A DNA stretch of 57,684 nucleotides, counting the filler, from Callorhinchus milii (lineage: Eukaryota): NCBI RefSeq assembly GCF_018977255.1. It is 2 parts of 2 records of this genome, joined end to end, with 100 filler letters (N's around TTAATTAATTAA, not from the genome) between each part and the next. Parts side by side here need not be neighbours in the genome. Positions count along the whole stretch, not along the records: positions 1 to 28,802 come from NW_024705663.1; 1 more part is not named here. One strand, written 5' to 3'. Positions within the stretch are counted from its first letter, which is position 1; every line of letters starts with the position of its first letter. A program made the translations under genes and the position numbers. This document shows positions 1 to 15,900 of this stretch, piece by piece. Below the pieces are notes generated by a model. It ran no database searches. It saw only the letters and a program-made list of their open reading frames with translations, and was not told the origin of the DNA.

Positions 1-1253
<1,253 letters not shown>

Positions 1254-1305
1254 GTTTAATGTAAAAACTACATTAAAAACATTTATTTAATTTTTCATTG
1301 AAGGC

Positions 1306-1884
1306 ATTTCTGTGCATCTTGTTCAAAAACAAGCAACATTTTGTTTGTTTGTTTAACTTTAAAATTTATTGAAATGGATTTTTTATGAAAAATCTGCACA
1401 ACTTTATTTTGTTGAATGTTGTTTCATGGTGCTATTAACAAATGACAATTTATTTCAGTGTTTATATTCCTGCGATTAAAAAAACTCTATGAAAAATTTG
1501 ATGTGAAGATCGTAACCAATATCATAAAAACTATTACGATTTAAGTTCACGCAATATTTTGATGAAAATCTCGGCACTTTTATTTTGGTGGATGTTTTGA
1601 CCACTCGTTTGAATTATTTTTATAAAATGATTTCTTCTAAACATTTTATCTCACTCGATATTATTATGTAAAACATAGAAATAAAACATATAAGCCAAAA
1701 TATACTTATTTTTGGATTAGGGTTAGGGTTATAATCGCAGCAAATGTCACTTACCTTCAGATTGGTACGCAAAAAAATTAGAAGTTTCGCTACAAAATCG
1801 TACACTAAAATAATTAAAATTATTAAACTTATTAAAAGGAAATCATTAAAAATTAATTTGTTTTTGAATAAGATGCACAGAAAT
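1306..1884. repeat. Subterminal inverted repeat pair of the satellite monomer (first copy; recurs in each complete monomer)
   Basis: 1306-1332 ATTTCTGTGCATCTTGTTCAAAAACAA versus the reverse complement of 1858-1884, ATTTCTGTGCATCTTATTCAAAAACAA: 26/27 identical. The left arm of type B is slightly more diverged. Confidence 0.92.
1714..1731 (+). repeat. Embedded telomeric tract in the type A monomer (first copy)
   Basis: GGATTAGGGTTAGGGTTA here; GGGTTAGGGTTAGGGTTA in units 3-4; GGGTTAGGGTTAGGTTTA from unit 5 onward. Confidence 0.9.
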
Positions 1885-2409
1885 TCACATGAATACATTC
1901 TAATAGTTTTAATGATTTTATGACATTACATATTACATTTTTAAAAAGCAAATTTTTAAGAACTACATTAAAAACATTTATTTGATTTTTCATTAAAGAA
2001 ATTTCGGTGCATTTTGTTCAAAAACAAGCATAATTTTGTTTGTTTTTTTACTTTAAAATTTATTGAAATGGATTTTTTATGAAAAATCTACACAACTTTA
2101 TTTTGTTGAATGTTGTTTCATGGTGCTATTAACAGATAACAATTTATTTCATAGGGTATACTCCTGCGATTAAAAAGAATTCTATGAAAATTTTGATGTG
2201 AAGATCGTAACCAATATCATAAAAATCAATTACGATTTAAGTTCACGCAATATTTTGAAGAAAATCTCGGCACTTTTATTTTGGTGGATGTTTTGACCAC
2301 TCGTTTGAATTATTTTTATCAAATGATTTCTTCTAAACATTTTATCTCACTCGATATTATTATACAAAACATAGAAATAAAACATATAAGCCAAATTATA
2401 CTTATTTTT

Positions 2410-2452
2410 GGGTTAGGGTTACGGTTATAGCTATGGTTAGGGTTAGGGTTAG
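2410..2452 (+). repeat. Longer embedded telomeric/variant tract in the type B monomer (first copy)
   Basis: GGGTTAGGGTTACGGTTATAGCTATGGTTAGGGTTAGGGTTAG: seven in-register hexamers, three of them degenerate. Confidence 0.9.
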
Positions 2453-2726
2453 AATCGCAGCGAATGTCACTTGCCTTCAGATTGGTACGGTAAAAATTTT
2501 TTAGAATTTTCGCGACAAGATCGAACACTAAAATAATTAAAATTATTAAACTTCGTAAAAGGCCATCATTAAAATTTAATTTGTTTTTGAATAAGATGCA
2601 CAGAAATTCATATACCTATATGAATACATTCAAATAATTTTAATGATTTTATGACATTACATATTGAATTTTTAAAAAGTAAAATTTTTAAAAACTACAA
2701 TTGAAAACATTTATTTGAAATTTCAT

Positions 2727-2727
<1 letters not shown>

Positions 2728-2819
<92 letters not shown>

Positions 2820-3295
2820 GGTTGGATGGACGGATGGTTGAATGAATGGATGGAAGGATGGATGGATTGATGGATGGATGGATGGATAGATAGATAGATA
2901 GATAGATAGATTGATGGATGGATGGATGGATGGATGGATGAATGGATGGATAGATAGATGGATGAATGGATGGATGGATGGATGGATCCATCCATCCATG
3001 CATCCAACCATCTATCTATCTATCCATCTAACCATCCATCCATCCATTCTAGCATCCATCCATCCATCCATGCACGCATTGATCCATCCGTCCGTCCGTC
3101 CGTCCCTCCCTCCCTCCCTCCCTCCCTCCCGTCCGTCCGTCCGTCCGTCTGTCGTTCCGTCCGTCTGTCGTTCCGACCGTCCTTCTATCTATCCATCCAT
3201 CCATCCATCCATCCAGCCATCCACCCACCCACCCACCCATCCACCCATCCACCCACCCACCCACCCACCCACCCATCCACCCATCCATCCATCCA
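2728..3295. repeat. Fold-back microsatellite spacer, proximal type: (GATA)n(GGAT)n | (CCAT)n(CCGT)n(CCAC)n
   Basis: The strand switches at GGATGGAT|CCATCC, centre 2986/2987. The same type occurs at 4771-5431, 6907-8248 and 9724-11180. Confidence 0.93.
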
Positions 3296-4786
3296 GTTTA
3301 ATGTAAAAACTACATTAAAAACATTTATTTAATTTTTCATTGAAGGCATTTCTGTGCATCTTGTTCAAAAACAAGCAACATTTTGTTTGTTTGTTTAACT
3401 TTAAAATTTATTGAAATGGATTTTTTATGAAAAATCTACACAACTTTATTTTGTTGAATGTTGTTTCATGGTGCTATTAACAAATGACAATTTATTTCAG
3501 TGTTTATATTCCTGCGATTAAAATAACTCTATGAAAAATTTGATGTGAAGATCGTAACCAATATCATAAAAACTATTACGATTTAAGTTCACGCAATATT
3601 TTGATGAAAATCTCGGCACTTTTATTTTGGTGGATGTTTTGACCACTCGTTTGAATTATTTTTATAAAATGATTTCTTCTAAACATTTTATCTCACTCGA
3701 TATTATTATGTAAAACATAGAAATAAAACATATAAGCCAAAATATACTTATTTTTGGGTTAGGGCTAGGGTTATAATCGCAGCAAATGTCACTTACCTTC
3801 AGATTGGTACGCAAAAAAATTAGAAGTTTCGCTACAAAATCGTACACTAAAATAATTAAAATTATTAAACTTATTAAAAGGAAATCATTAAAAATTAATT
3901 TGTTTTTGAATAAGATGCACAGAAATTCACATGAATACATTCTAATAGTTTTAATGATTTTATGACATTACATATTACATTTTTAAAAAGCAAATTTTTA
4001 AGAACTACATTAAAAACATTTATTTTATTTTTCATTAAAGAAATTTCGGTGCATTTTGTTCAAAAACAAGCATAATTTTGTTTGTTTTTTTTACTTTAAA
4101 ATTTATTGAAATGGATTTTTTATGAAAAATCTACACAACTTTATTTTGTTGAATGTTGTTTCATGGTGCTATCAACAGATAACAATTTATTTCATTGGGT
4201 ATACTCCTGCGATTAAAAAGAATTCTATGAAAATTTTGATGTGAAGATCGTAACCAATATCATAAAAATCAATTACGATTTAAGTTCACGCAATATTTTG
4301 AAGAAAATCTCGGCACTTTTATTTTGGTGGATGTTTTGACCACTCGTTTGAATTATTTTTATCAAATGATTTCTTCTAAACATTTTATCTCACTCGATAT
4401 TATTATACAAAACATAGAAATAAAACATATAAGCCAAATTATACTTATTTTTGGGTTAGGGTTACGGTTATAGCTATGGTTAGGGTTAGGGTTAGAATCG
4501 CAGCGAATGTCACTTGCCTTCAGATTGGTACGGTAAAAAATTATTAGAATTTTCGCGACAAGATCGAACACTAAAATAATTAAAATTATTAAACTTCGTA
4601 AAAGGCCATCATTAAAATTTAATTTGTTTTTGAATAAGATGCACAGAAATTCATATACCTATATGAATACATTCAAATAATTTTAATGATTTTATGACAT
4701 TACATATTGAATTTTTAAAAAGGAAAATTTTTAAAAACTACAATTGAAAACATTTATTTGAAATTTCATTAGATAGATAGATAGAC

Positions 4787-4914
<128 letters not shown>

Positions 4915-6905
4915 GGATGGATGGATGGATGGATGGATGGATGGATGGATGGATGGATGGATGGATGGATGGATGGATGGATGGATGGATGGATGGATGG
5001 ATGGATGGATGGATGGATGGATGGATGGATGGATGGATGGATGGATGGATGGATGGATGGATGGATGGATGGATGGATGGATGGATAGATGGATGGATGA
5101 ATGGATGGATGGATGGATGGATCCATCCATCCATGCATCCAACCATCTATCTATCTATCCATCTAACCATCCATCCATCCATTCTAGCATCCATCCATCC
5201 ATCCATGCACGAATTGATCCGTCCGTCCGTCCGTCCGTCCGTCCGTCCGACGTTCCGTCCCGTCCGTCGTTCCGTCCCGTCTGTCGTTCCGTCCGTCTGT
5301 CGTTCCGACCGTCCTTCTATCTATCCATCCATCCATCCATCCATCCATCCATCCATCCAGCCATCCACCCACCCACCCACCCATCCACCCATCCACCCAC
5401 CCACCCACCCACCCATCCACCCATCCATCCAGTTTAATGTAAAAACTACATTAAAAACATTTATTTAATTTTTCATTGAAGACATTTCTGTGCATCTTGT
5501 TCAAAAACAAGCAACATTTTGTTTGTTTGTTTAACTTTAAAATTTATTGAAATGGATTTTTTATGAAAAATCTACACAACTTTATTTTGTTGAATGTTGT
5601 TTCATAGTGCTATTAACAAATGACAATTTATTTCAGTGTTTATATTCCTGCGATTAAAAAAACTCTATGAAAAATTTGATGTGAAGATCGTAACCAATAT
5701 CATAAAAACTATTACGATTTAAGTTCACGCAATATTTTGATGAAAATCTCGGCACTTTTATTTTGGTGGATGTTTTGACCACTCGTTTGAATTATTTTTA
5801 TAAAATGATTTCTTCTAAACATTTTATCTCACTCGATATTATTATGTAAAACATAGAAATAAAACATATAAGCCAAAATATACTTATTTTTGGGTTAGGG
5901 TTAGGGTTATAATCGCAGCAAATGTCACTTACCTTCAGATTGGTACGCAAAAAAATTAGAAGTTTCGCTACAAAATCGTACACTAAAATAATTAAAATTA
6001 TTAAACTTATTAAAAGGAAATCATTAAAAATTAATTTGTTTTTGAATAAGATGCACAGAAATTCACATGAATACATTCTAATAGTTTTAATGATTTTATG
6101 ACATTACATATTACATTTTTAAAAAGCAAATTTTTAAGAACTACATTAAAAACATTTATTTGATTTTTCATTAAAGAAATTTCGGTGCATTTTGTTCAAA
6201 AACAAGCATAATTTTGTTTGTTTTTTTTACTTTAAAATTTATTGAAATGGATTTTTTATGAAAAATCTACACAACTTTATTTTGTTGAATGTTGTTTCAT
6301 GGTGCTATTAACAGATAACAATTTATTTCATTGGGTATACTCCTGCGATTAAAAAGAATTCTATGAAAATTTTGATGTGAAGATCGTAACCAATATCATA
6401 AAAATCAATTACGATTTAAGTTCACGCAATATTTTGAAGAAAATCTCGGCACTTTTATTTTGGTGGATGTTTTGACCACTCGTTTGAATTATTTTTATCA
6501 AATGATTTCTTCTAAACATTTTATCTCACTCGATATTATTATACAAAACATAGAAATAAAACATATAAGCCAAATTATACTTATTTTTGGGTTAGGGTTA
6601 CGGTTATAGCTATGGTTTGGGTTAGGGTTAGAATCGCAGCGAATGTCACTTGCCTTCAGATTGGTACGGTAAAAAATTATTAGAATTTTCGCGACAAGAT
6701 CGAACACTAAAATAATTAAAATTATTAAACTTCGTAAAAGGCCATCATTAAAATTTAATTTGTTTTTGAATAAGATGCACAGAAATTCATATACCTATAT
6801 GAATACATTCAAATAATTTTAATGATTTTATGACATTACATATTGAATTTTTAAAAAGTAAAATTTTTAAAAACTACAATTGAAAACATTTATTTGAAAT
6901 TTCAT

Positions 6906-7324
<419 letters not shown>

Positions 7325-7419
7325 GTAGGTAGGTAGGTAGGTAGGTAGATGGTTGGATGGACGGATGGTTGAACGAATGGATGGAAGGATGGATGGATGG
7401 ATGGATGGATGGATGGATG

Positions 7420-7542
<123 letters not shown>

Positions 7543-9755
7543 GGATGGATGGATGGATGGATGGATGGATGGATGGATGGATGGATGGATGGATGGATGG
7601 ATGGATGGATGGATGGATGGATGGATGGATGGATGGATGGATGGATGGATGGATGGATGGATGGATGGATGGATGGATGGATGGATGGATGGATGGATGG
7701 ATGGATGGATGGATGGATGGATGGATGGATGGATGGATGGATGGATGGATGGATGGATGGATGGATGGATGGATGGATGGATGGATGGATGGATGGATGG
7801 ATGGATGGATGGATGGATGGATGGATGGATGGATGGATGAATGGATGGATAGATAGTTGGATGAATGGCTGGATGGATGCATCCAACCATCTATCTATCT
7901 ATCCATCTAACCATCCATCCATCCATTCTAGCATCCATCCATCCATCCATGCACGCATTGATCCGTCCGTCCGTCCGTCCGTCCGTCCGTCCGTCCCGTC
8001 CGTCCCTCCCTCCCGTCCGTCGTTCCGTCCCGTCTGTCGTTCCGTCCGTCTGTCGTTCCGACCGTCCTTCTATCTATCCATCCATCCATCCATCCATCCA
8101 TCCATCCATCCATCCATCCATCCATCCAGCCATCCACCCACCCACCCACCCACCCACCCATCCACCCATCCACCCACCCACCCACCCACCCACCCATCCA
8201 CCCATCCACCCACCCACCCACCCATCCATCCACCCATCCATCCATCCAGTTTAATGTAAAAACTACATTAAAAACATTTATTTAATTTTTTATTGAAGAC
8301 ATTTCTGTGCATCTTGTTCAAAAACAAGCAACATTTTGTTTGTTTGTTTAACTTTAAAATTTATTGAAATGGATTTTTTATGAAAAATCTACACAACTTT
8401 ATTTTGTTGAATGTTGTTTCATAGTGCTATTAACAAATGACAATTTATTTCAGTGTTTATATTCCTGCGATTAAAAAAACTCTATGAAAAATTTGATGTG
8501 AAGATCGTAACCAATATCATAAAAACTATTACGATTTAAGTTCACGCAATATTTTGATGAAAATCTCGGCACTTTTATTTTGGTGGATGTTTTGACCACT
8601 CGTTTGAATTATTTTTATAAAATGATTTCTTCTAAACATTTTATCTCACTCGATATTATTATGTAAAACATAGAAATAAAACATATAAGCCAAAATATAC
8701 TTATTTTTGGGTTAGGGTTAGGGTTATAATCGCAGCAAATGTCACTTACCTTCAGATTGGTACGCAAAAAAATTAGAAGTTTCGCTACAAAATCGTACAC
8801 TAAAATAATTAAAATTATTAAACTTATTAAAAGGAAATCATTAAAAATTAATTTGTTTTTGAATAAGATGCACAGAAATTCACATGAATACATTCTAATA
8901 GTTTTAATGATTTTATGACATTACATATTACATTTTTAAAAAGCAAATTTTTAAGAACTACATTAAAAACATTTATTTGATTTTTCATTAAAGAAATTTC
9001 GGTGCATTTGGTTCAAAAACAAGCATAATTTTGTTTGTTTTTTTTACTTTAAAATTTATTGAAATGGATTTTTTATGAAAAATCTACACAACTTTATTTT
9101 GTTGAATGTTGTTTCATGGTGCTATTAACAGATAACAATTTATTTCATTGGGTATACTCCTGCGATTAAAAAGAATTCTATGAAAATTTTGATGTGAAGA
9201 TCGTAACCAATATCATAAAAATCAATTACGATTTAAGTTCACGCAATATTTTGAAGAAAATCTCGGCACTTTTATTTTGGTGGATGTTTTGACCACTCGT
9301 TTGAATTATTTTTATCAAATGATTTCTTCTAAACATTTTATCTCACTCGATATTATTATACAAAACATAGAAATAAAACATATAAGCCAAATTATACTTA
9401 TTTTTGGGTTAGGGTTACGGTTATAGCTATGGTTTGGGTTAGGGTTAGAATCGCAGCGAATGTCACTTGCCTTCAGATTGGTACGGTAAAAAATTATTAG
9501 AATTTTCGCGACAAGATCGAACACTAAAATAATTAAAATTATTAAACTTCGTAAAAGGCCATCATTAAAATTTAATTTGTTTTTGAATAAGATGCACAGA
9601 AATTCATATACCTATATGAATACATTCAAATAATTTTAATGATTTTATGACATTACATATTGAATTTTTAAAAAGTAAAATTTTTAAAAACTACAATTGA
9701 AAACATTTATTTGAAATTTCATTAGATAGATAGATAGATAGATAGACAGATAGAC

Positions 9756-10017
<262 letters not shown>

Positions 10018-10140
10018 GTAGGTAGGTAGGTAGGTAGGTAGGTAGGTAGGTAGGTAGGTAGGTAGGTAGGTAGATGGTTGGATGGACGGATGGTTGAACG
10101 AATGGATGGAAGGATGGATGGATTGATGGATGGATGGATG

Positions 10141-10271
<131 letters not shown>

Positions 10272-12682
10272 GGATGGATGGATGGATGGATGGATGGATG
10301 GATGGATGGATGGATGGATGATGGATGGATGGATGGATGGATGGATGGATGGATGGATGGATGATGGATGGATGGATGGATGGATGGATGGATGGATGGA
10401 TGGATGGATGGATGGATGGATGGATGGATGGATGGATGGATGGATGGATATGGATGGATGGATGGATGGATGGATGGATGGATGGATGGATGGATGGATG
10501 GACGGATGGATGGATGGATGGGATGGATGGATGGATGGATGGATGGATGGATGGATTGGATGGGATGGATTGGATGGGATGGATGGATGGATGGATGGAT
10601 GGATGGATGGATGGATGGATGGATGGATGGATGGATGGATGGATGGTGTGATGGATGGATGGATGGATGGATGGATGGATGGATGGATGGATGGATGGAT
10701 GGATGGATGGATGGATGGATGGATGGATGGATGGATGGATGGATGGATGGATGGATGGATGGGATGGATGGATGGATGGATGGATGGATGGATGGAATGG
10801 ATGAATGGATGGATAGATAGTTGGATGAATGGCTGGATGGATGCATCCAACCATCTATCTATCTATCCATCTAACCATCCATCCATCCATTCTAGCATCC
10901 ATCCATCCATCCATGCACGCATTGATCCGTCCGTCCGTCCGTCCGTCCGTCCGTCCCGTCCGTCCCTCCCTCCCGTCCGTCGTTCCGTCCCGTCTGTCGT
11001 TCCGTCCGTCTGTCGTTCCGACCGTCCTTCTATCTATCCATCCATCCATCCATCCATCCATCCATCCAGCCATCCACCCACCCACCCACCCATCCACCCA
11101 TCCACCCACCCACCCACCCACCCACCCATCCACCCATCCACCCACCCACCCACCCATCCATCCACCCATCCATCCATCCAGTTTAATGTAAAAACTACAT
11201 TAAAAACATTTATTTAATTTTTCATTGAAGACATTTCTGTGCATCTTGTTCAAAAACAAGCAACATTTTGTTTGTTTGTTTAACTTTAAAATTTATTGAA
11301 ATGGATTTTTTATGAAAAATCTACACAACTTTATTTTGTTGAATGTTGTTTCATGGTGCTATTAACAAATGACAATTTATTTCAGTGTTTATATTCCTGC
11401 GATTAAAAAAACTCTATGAAAAATTTGATGTGAAGATCGTAACCAATATCATAAGATCGTAACCAATATCATAAAAACTATTTGCGTATAACAATATCAC
11501 TTGCGTGATTTAAGTTCACGCAATATTTTGATGAAAATCTCGGCACTTTTATTTTGGTGGATGTTTTGACCACTCGTTTGAATTATTTTTATAAAATGAT
11601 TTCTTCTAAACATTTTATCTCACTCGATATTATTATGTAAAACATAGAAATAAAACATATAAGCCAAAATATACTTATTTTTGGGTTAGGGTTAGGTTTA
11701 TAATCGCAGCAAATGTCACTTACCTTCAGATTGGTACGCAAAAAAATTAGAAGTTTCGCTACAAAATCGTACACTAAAATAATTAAAATTATTAAACTTA
11801 TTAAAAGGAAATCATTAAAAATTAATTTGTTTTTGAATAAGATGCACAGAAATTCACATGAATACATTCTAATAGTTTTAATGATTTTATGACATTACAT
11901 ATTACATTTTTAAAAAGCAAATTTTTAAGAACGACATTAAAAACATTTATTTGATTTTTCATTAAAGAAATTTCGGTGCATTTTGTTCAAAAACAAGCAT
12001 AATTTTGTTTGTTTTTTTTACTTTAAAATTTATTGAAATGGATTTTTTATGAAAAATCTACACAACTTTATTTTGTTGAATGTTGTTTCATGGTGCTATT
12101 AACAGACAACAATTTATTTCATTGGGTATACTCCTGCGATTAAAAAGAATTCTATGAAAATTTTGATGTGAAGATCGTAACCAATATCATAAAAATCAAT
12201 TACGATTTAAGTTCACGCAATATTTTGAAGAAAATCTCGGCACTTTTATTTTGGTGGATGTTTTGACTACTCGTTTGAATTATTTTTATCAAATGATTTC
12301 TTCTAAACATTTTATCTCACTCGATATTATTATGTAAAACATAGAAATAAAACATATAAGCCAAAATATACTTATTTTTGGGTTAGGGTTACGGTTATAG
12401 CTATGGTTAGGGTTAGGGTTAGAATCGCAGCGAATGTCACTTGCCTTCAGATTGGTACGGTAAAAAATTATTAGAATTTTCGCGACAAGATCGAACACTA
12501 AAATAATTAAAATTATTAAACTTCGTAAAAGGCCATCATTAAAATTTAATTTGTTTTTGAATAAGATGCACAGAAATTCATATACCTATATGAATACATT
12601 CAAATAATTTTAATGATTTTATGACATTACATATTGAATTTTTAAAAAGTAAAATTTTTAAAAACTACAATTGAAAACATTT

Positions 12683-12945
12683 CCGTCCGTCCGTCCGTCC
12701 GTCCGTCCGTCTGTCGTTCCGTCCGTCCCTCCGTCCCTCCGTCCCTCCGTCCCTCCGTCGCTCCGTCCCTCCGTCCCTCCCTCCCTCCCTCCCTCCCGTC
12801 CGTCCGTCCGTCTGTCGTTCCGTCCGTCTGTCGTTCCGACCGTCCTTCTATCTATCCATCCATCCATCCATCCAGCCATCCACCCACCCACCCACCCACC
12901 ATCCACCCACCCACCCACCCACCCATCCACCCATCCATCCATCCA
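12683..12945 (+). repeat. Microsatellite spacer, distal (deleted) type: (CCGT/CCCT)n(CCAT)n(CCAC)n only
   Basis: TTGAAAACATTT is joined directly to CCGTCCGT. The same junction occurs at 14406, 16142, 18589, 20922, 24251, 25729 and 27481. Confidence 0.93.
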
Positions 12946-15900
12946 GTTTAATGTAAAAACTACATTAAAAACATTTATTTAATTTTTCATTGAAGACATT
13001 TCTGTGCATCTTGTTCAAAAACAAGCAACATTTTGTTTGTTTGTTTAACTTTAAAATTTATTGAAATGGATTTTTTATGAAAAATCTACACAACTTTATT
13101 TTGTTGAATGTTGTTTCATGGTGCTATTAACAAATGACAATTTATTTCAGTGTTTATATTCCTGCGATTAAAAAAACTCTATGAAAAATTTGATGTGAAG
13201 ATCGTAACCAATATCATAAAAACTATTACGATTTAAGTTCACGCAATATTTTGATGAAAATCTCGGCACTTTTATTTTGGTGGATGTTTTGACCACTCGT
13301 TTGAATTATTTTTATAAAATGATTTCTTCTAAACATTTTATCTCACTCGATATTATTATGTAAAACATAGAAATAAAACATATAAGCCAAAATATACTTA
13401 TTTTTGGGTTAGGGTTAGGTTTATAATCGCAGCAAATGTCACTTACCTTCAGATTGGTACGCAAAAAAATTAGAAGTTTCGCTACAAAATCGTACACTAA
13501 AATAATTAAAATTATTAAACTTATTAAAAGGAAATCATTAAAAATTAATTTGTTTTTGAATAAGATGCACAGAAATTCACATGAATACATTCTAATAGTT
13601 TTAATGATTTTATGACATTACATATTACATTTTTAAAAAGCAAATTTTTAAGAACGACATTAAAAACATTTATTTGATTTTTCATTAAAGAAATTTCGGT
13701 GCATTTTGTTCAAAAACAAGCATAATTTTGTTTGTTTTTTTTACTTTAAAATTTATTGAAATGGATTTTTTATGAAAAATCTACACAACTTTATTTTGTT
13801 GAATGTTGTTTCATGGTGCTATTAACAGACAACAATTTATTTCATTGGGTATACTCCTGCGATTAAAAAGAATTCTATGAAAATTTTGATGTGAAGATCG
13901 TAACCAATATCATAAAAATCAATTACGATTTAAGTTCACGCAATATTTTGAAGAAAATCTCGGCACTTTTATTTTGGTGGATGTTTTGACTACTCGTTTG
14001 AATTATTTTTATCAAATGATTTCTTCTAAACATTTTATCTCACTCGATATTATTATGTAAAACATAGAAATAAAACATATAAGCCAAAATATACTTATTT
14101 TTGGGTTAGGGTTACGGTTATAGCTATGGTTAGGGTTAGGGTTAGAATCGCAGCGAATGTCACTTGCCTTCAGATTGGTACGGTAAAAAATTATTAGAAT
14201 TTTCGCGACAAGATCGAACACTAAAATAATTAAAATTATTAAACTTCGTAAAAGGCCATCATTAAAATTTAATTTGTTTTTGAATAAGATGCACAGAAAT
14301 TCATATACCTATATGAATACATTCAAATAATTTTAATGATTTTATGACATTACATATTGAATTTTTAAAAAGTAAAATTTTTAAAAACTACAATTGAAAA
14401 CATTTCCGTCCGTCCGTCCGTCCGTCCGTCCGTCCGTCTGTCGTTCCGTCCGTCCCTCCGTCCCTCCGTCCCTCCGTCCCTCCGTCGCTCCGTCCCTCCG
14501 TCCCTCCCTCCCTCCCTCCCTCCCTCCCGTCCGTCCGTCCGTCTGTCGTTCCGTCCGTCTGTCGTTCCGACCGTCCTTCTATCTATCCATCCATCCATCC
14601 ATCCAGCCATCCACCCACCCACCCACCCACCCACCCACCCACCCACCCACCCACCCACCCATCCACCCATCCATCCATCCAGTTTAATGTAAAAACTACA
14701 TTAAAAACATTTATTTAATTTTTCATTGAAGACATTTCTGTGCATCTTGTTCAAAAACAAGCAACATTTTGTTTGTTTGTTTAACTTTAAAATTTATTGA
14801 AATGGATTTTTTATGAAAAATCTACACAACTTTATTTTGTTGAATGTTGTTTCATGGTGCTATTAACAAATGACAATTTATTTCAGTGTTTATATTCCTG
14901 CGATTAAAAAAACTCTATGAAAAATTTGATGTGAAGATCGTAACCAATATCATAAAAACTATTACGATTTAAGTTCACGCAATATTTTGATGAAAATCTC
15001 GGCACTTTTATTTTGGTGGATGTTTTGACCACTCGTTTGAATTATTTTTATAAAATGATTTCTTCTAAACATTTTATCTCACTCGATATTATTATGTAAA
15101 ACATAGAAATAAAACATATAAGCCAAAATATACTTATTTTTGGGTTAGGGTTAGGTTTATAATCGCAGCAAATGTCACTTACCTTCAGATTGGTACGCAA
15201 AAAAATTAGAAGTTTCGCTACAAAATCGTACACTAAAATAATTAAAATTATTAAACTTATTAAAAGGAAATCATTAAAAATTAATTTGTTTTTGAATAAG
15301 ATGCACAGAAATTCACATGAATACATTCTAATAGTTTTAATGATTTTATGACATTACATATTACATTTTTAAAAAGCAAATTTTTAAGAACGACATTAAA
15401 AACATTTATTTGATTTTTCATTAAAGAAATTTCGGTGCATTTTGTTCAAAAACAAGCATAATTTTGTTTGTTTTTTTTACTTTAAAATTTATTGAAATGG
15501 ATTTTTTATGAAAAATCTACACAACTTTATTTTGTTGAATGTTGTTTCATGGTGCTATTAACAGACAACAATTTATTTCATTGGGTATACTCCTGCGATT
15601 AAAAAGAATTCTATGAAAATTTTGATGTGAAGATCGTAACCAATACCATAAAAATCAATTACGATTTAAGTTCACGCAATATTTTGAAGAAAATCTCGGC
15701 ACTTTTATTTTGGTGGATGTTTTGACTACTCGTTTGAATTATTTTTATCAAATGATTTCTTCTAAACATTTTATCTCACTCGATATTATTATGTAAAACA
15801 TAGAAATAAAACATATAAGCCAAAATATACTTATTTTTGGGTTAGGGTTACGGTTATAGCTATGGTTAGGGTTAGGGTTAGAATCGCAGCGAATGTCACT

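Noticed and set aside
1556..1612. Possible hammerhead ribozyme core (TGATGA/TGAAGA) suggesting a Penelope-type repeat
   Set aside because: The required C of CUGANGA and the downstream GAAA are missing.
1620..1898. Recurrent 92-aa and 69-aa hydrophobic ORFs in the satellite monomers
   Set aside because: The F/I/L/N/K composition follows AT bias, and NPNPNP is just CCCTAA. A-versus-B differences are largely non-synonymous, and several copies are frameshifted. Ribosome profiling or dN/dS could overturn this.
1714..2452. Minus-strand CTAACCCTAAC as a telomerase RNA template
   Set aside because: The tracts are longer and more variable than a template, and I could not see a pseudoknot, CR4/5 or H/ACA elements.
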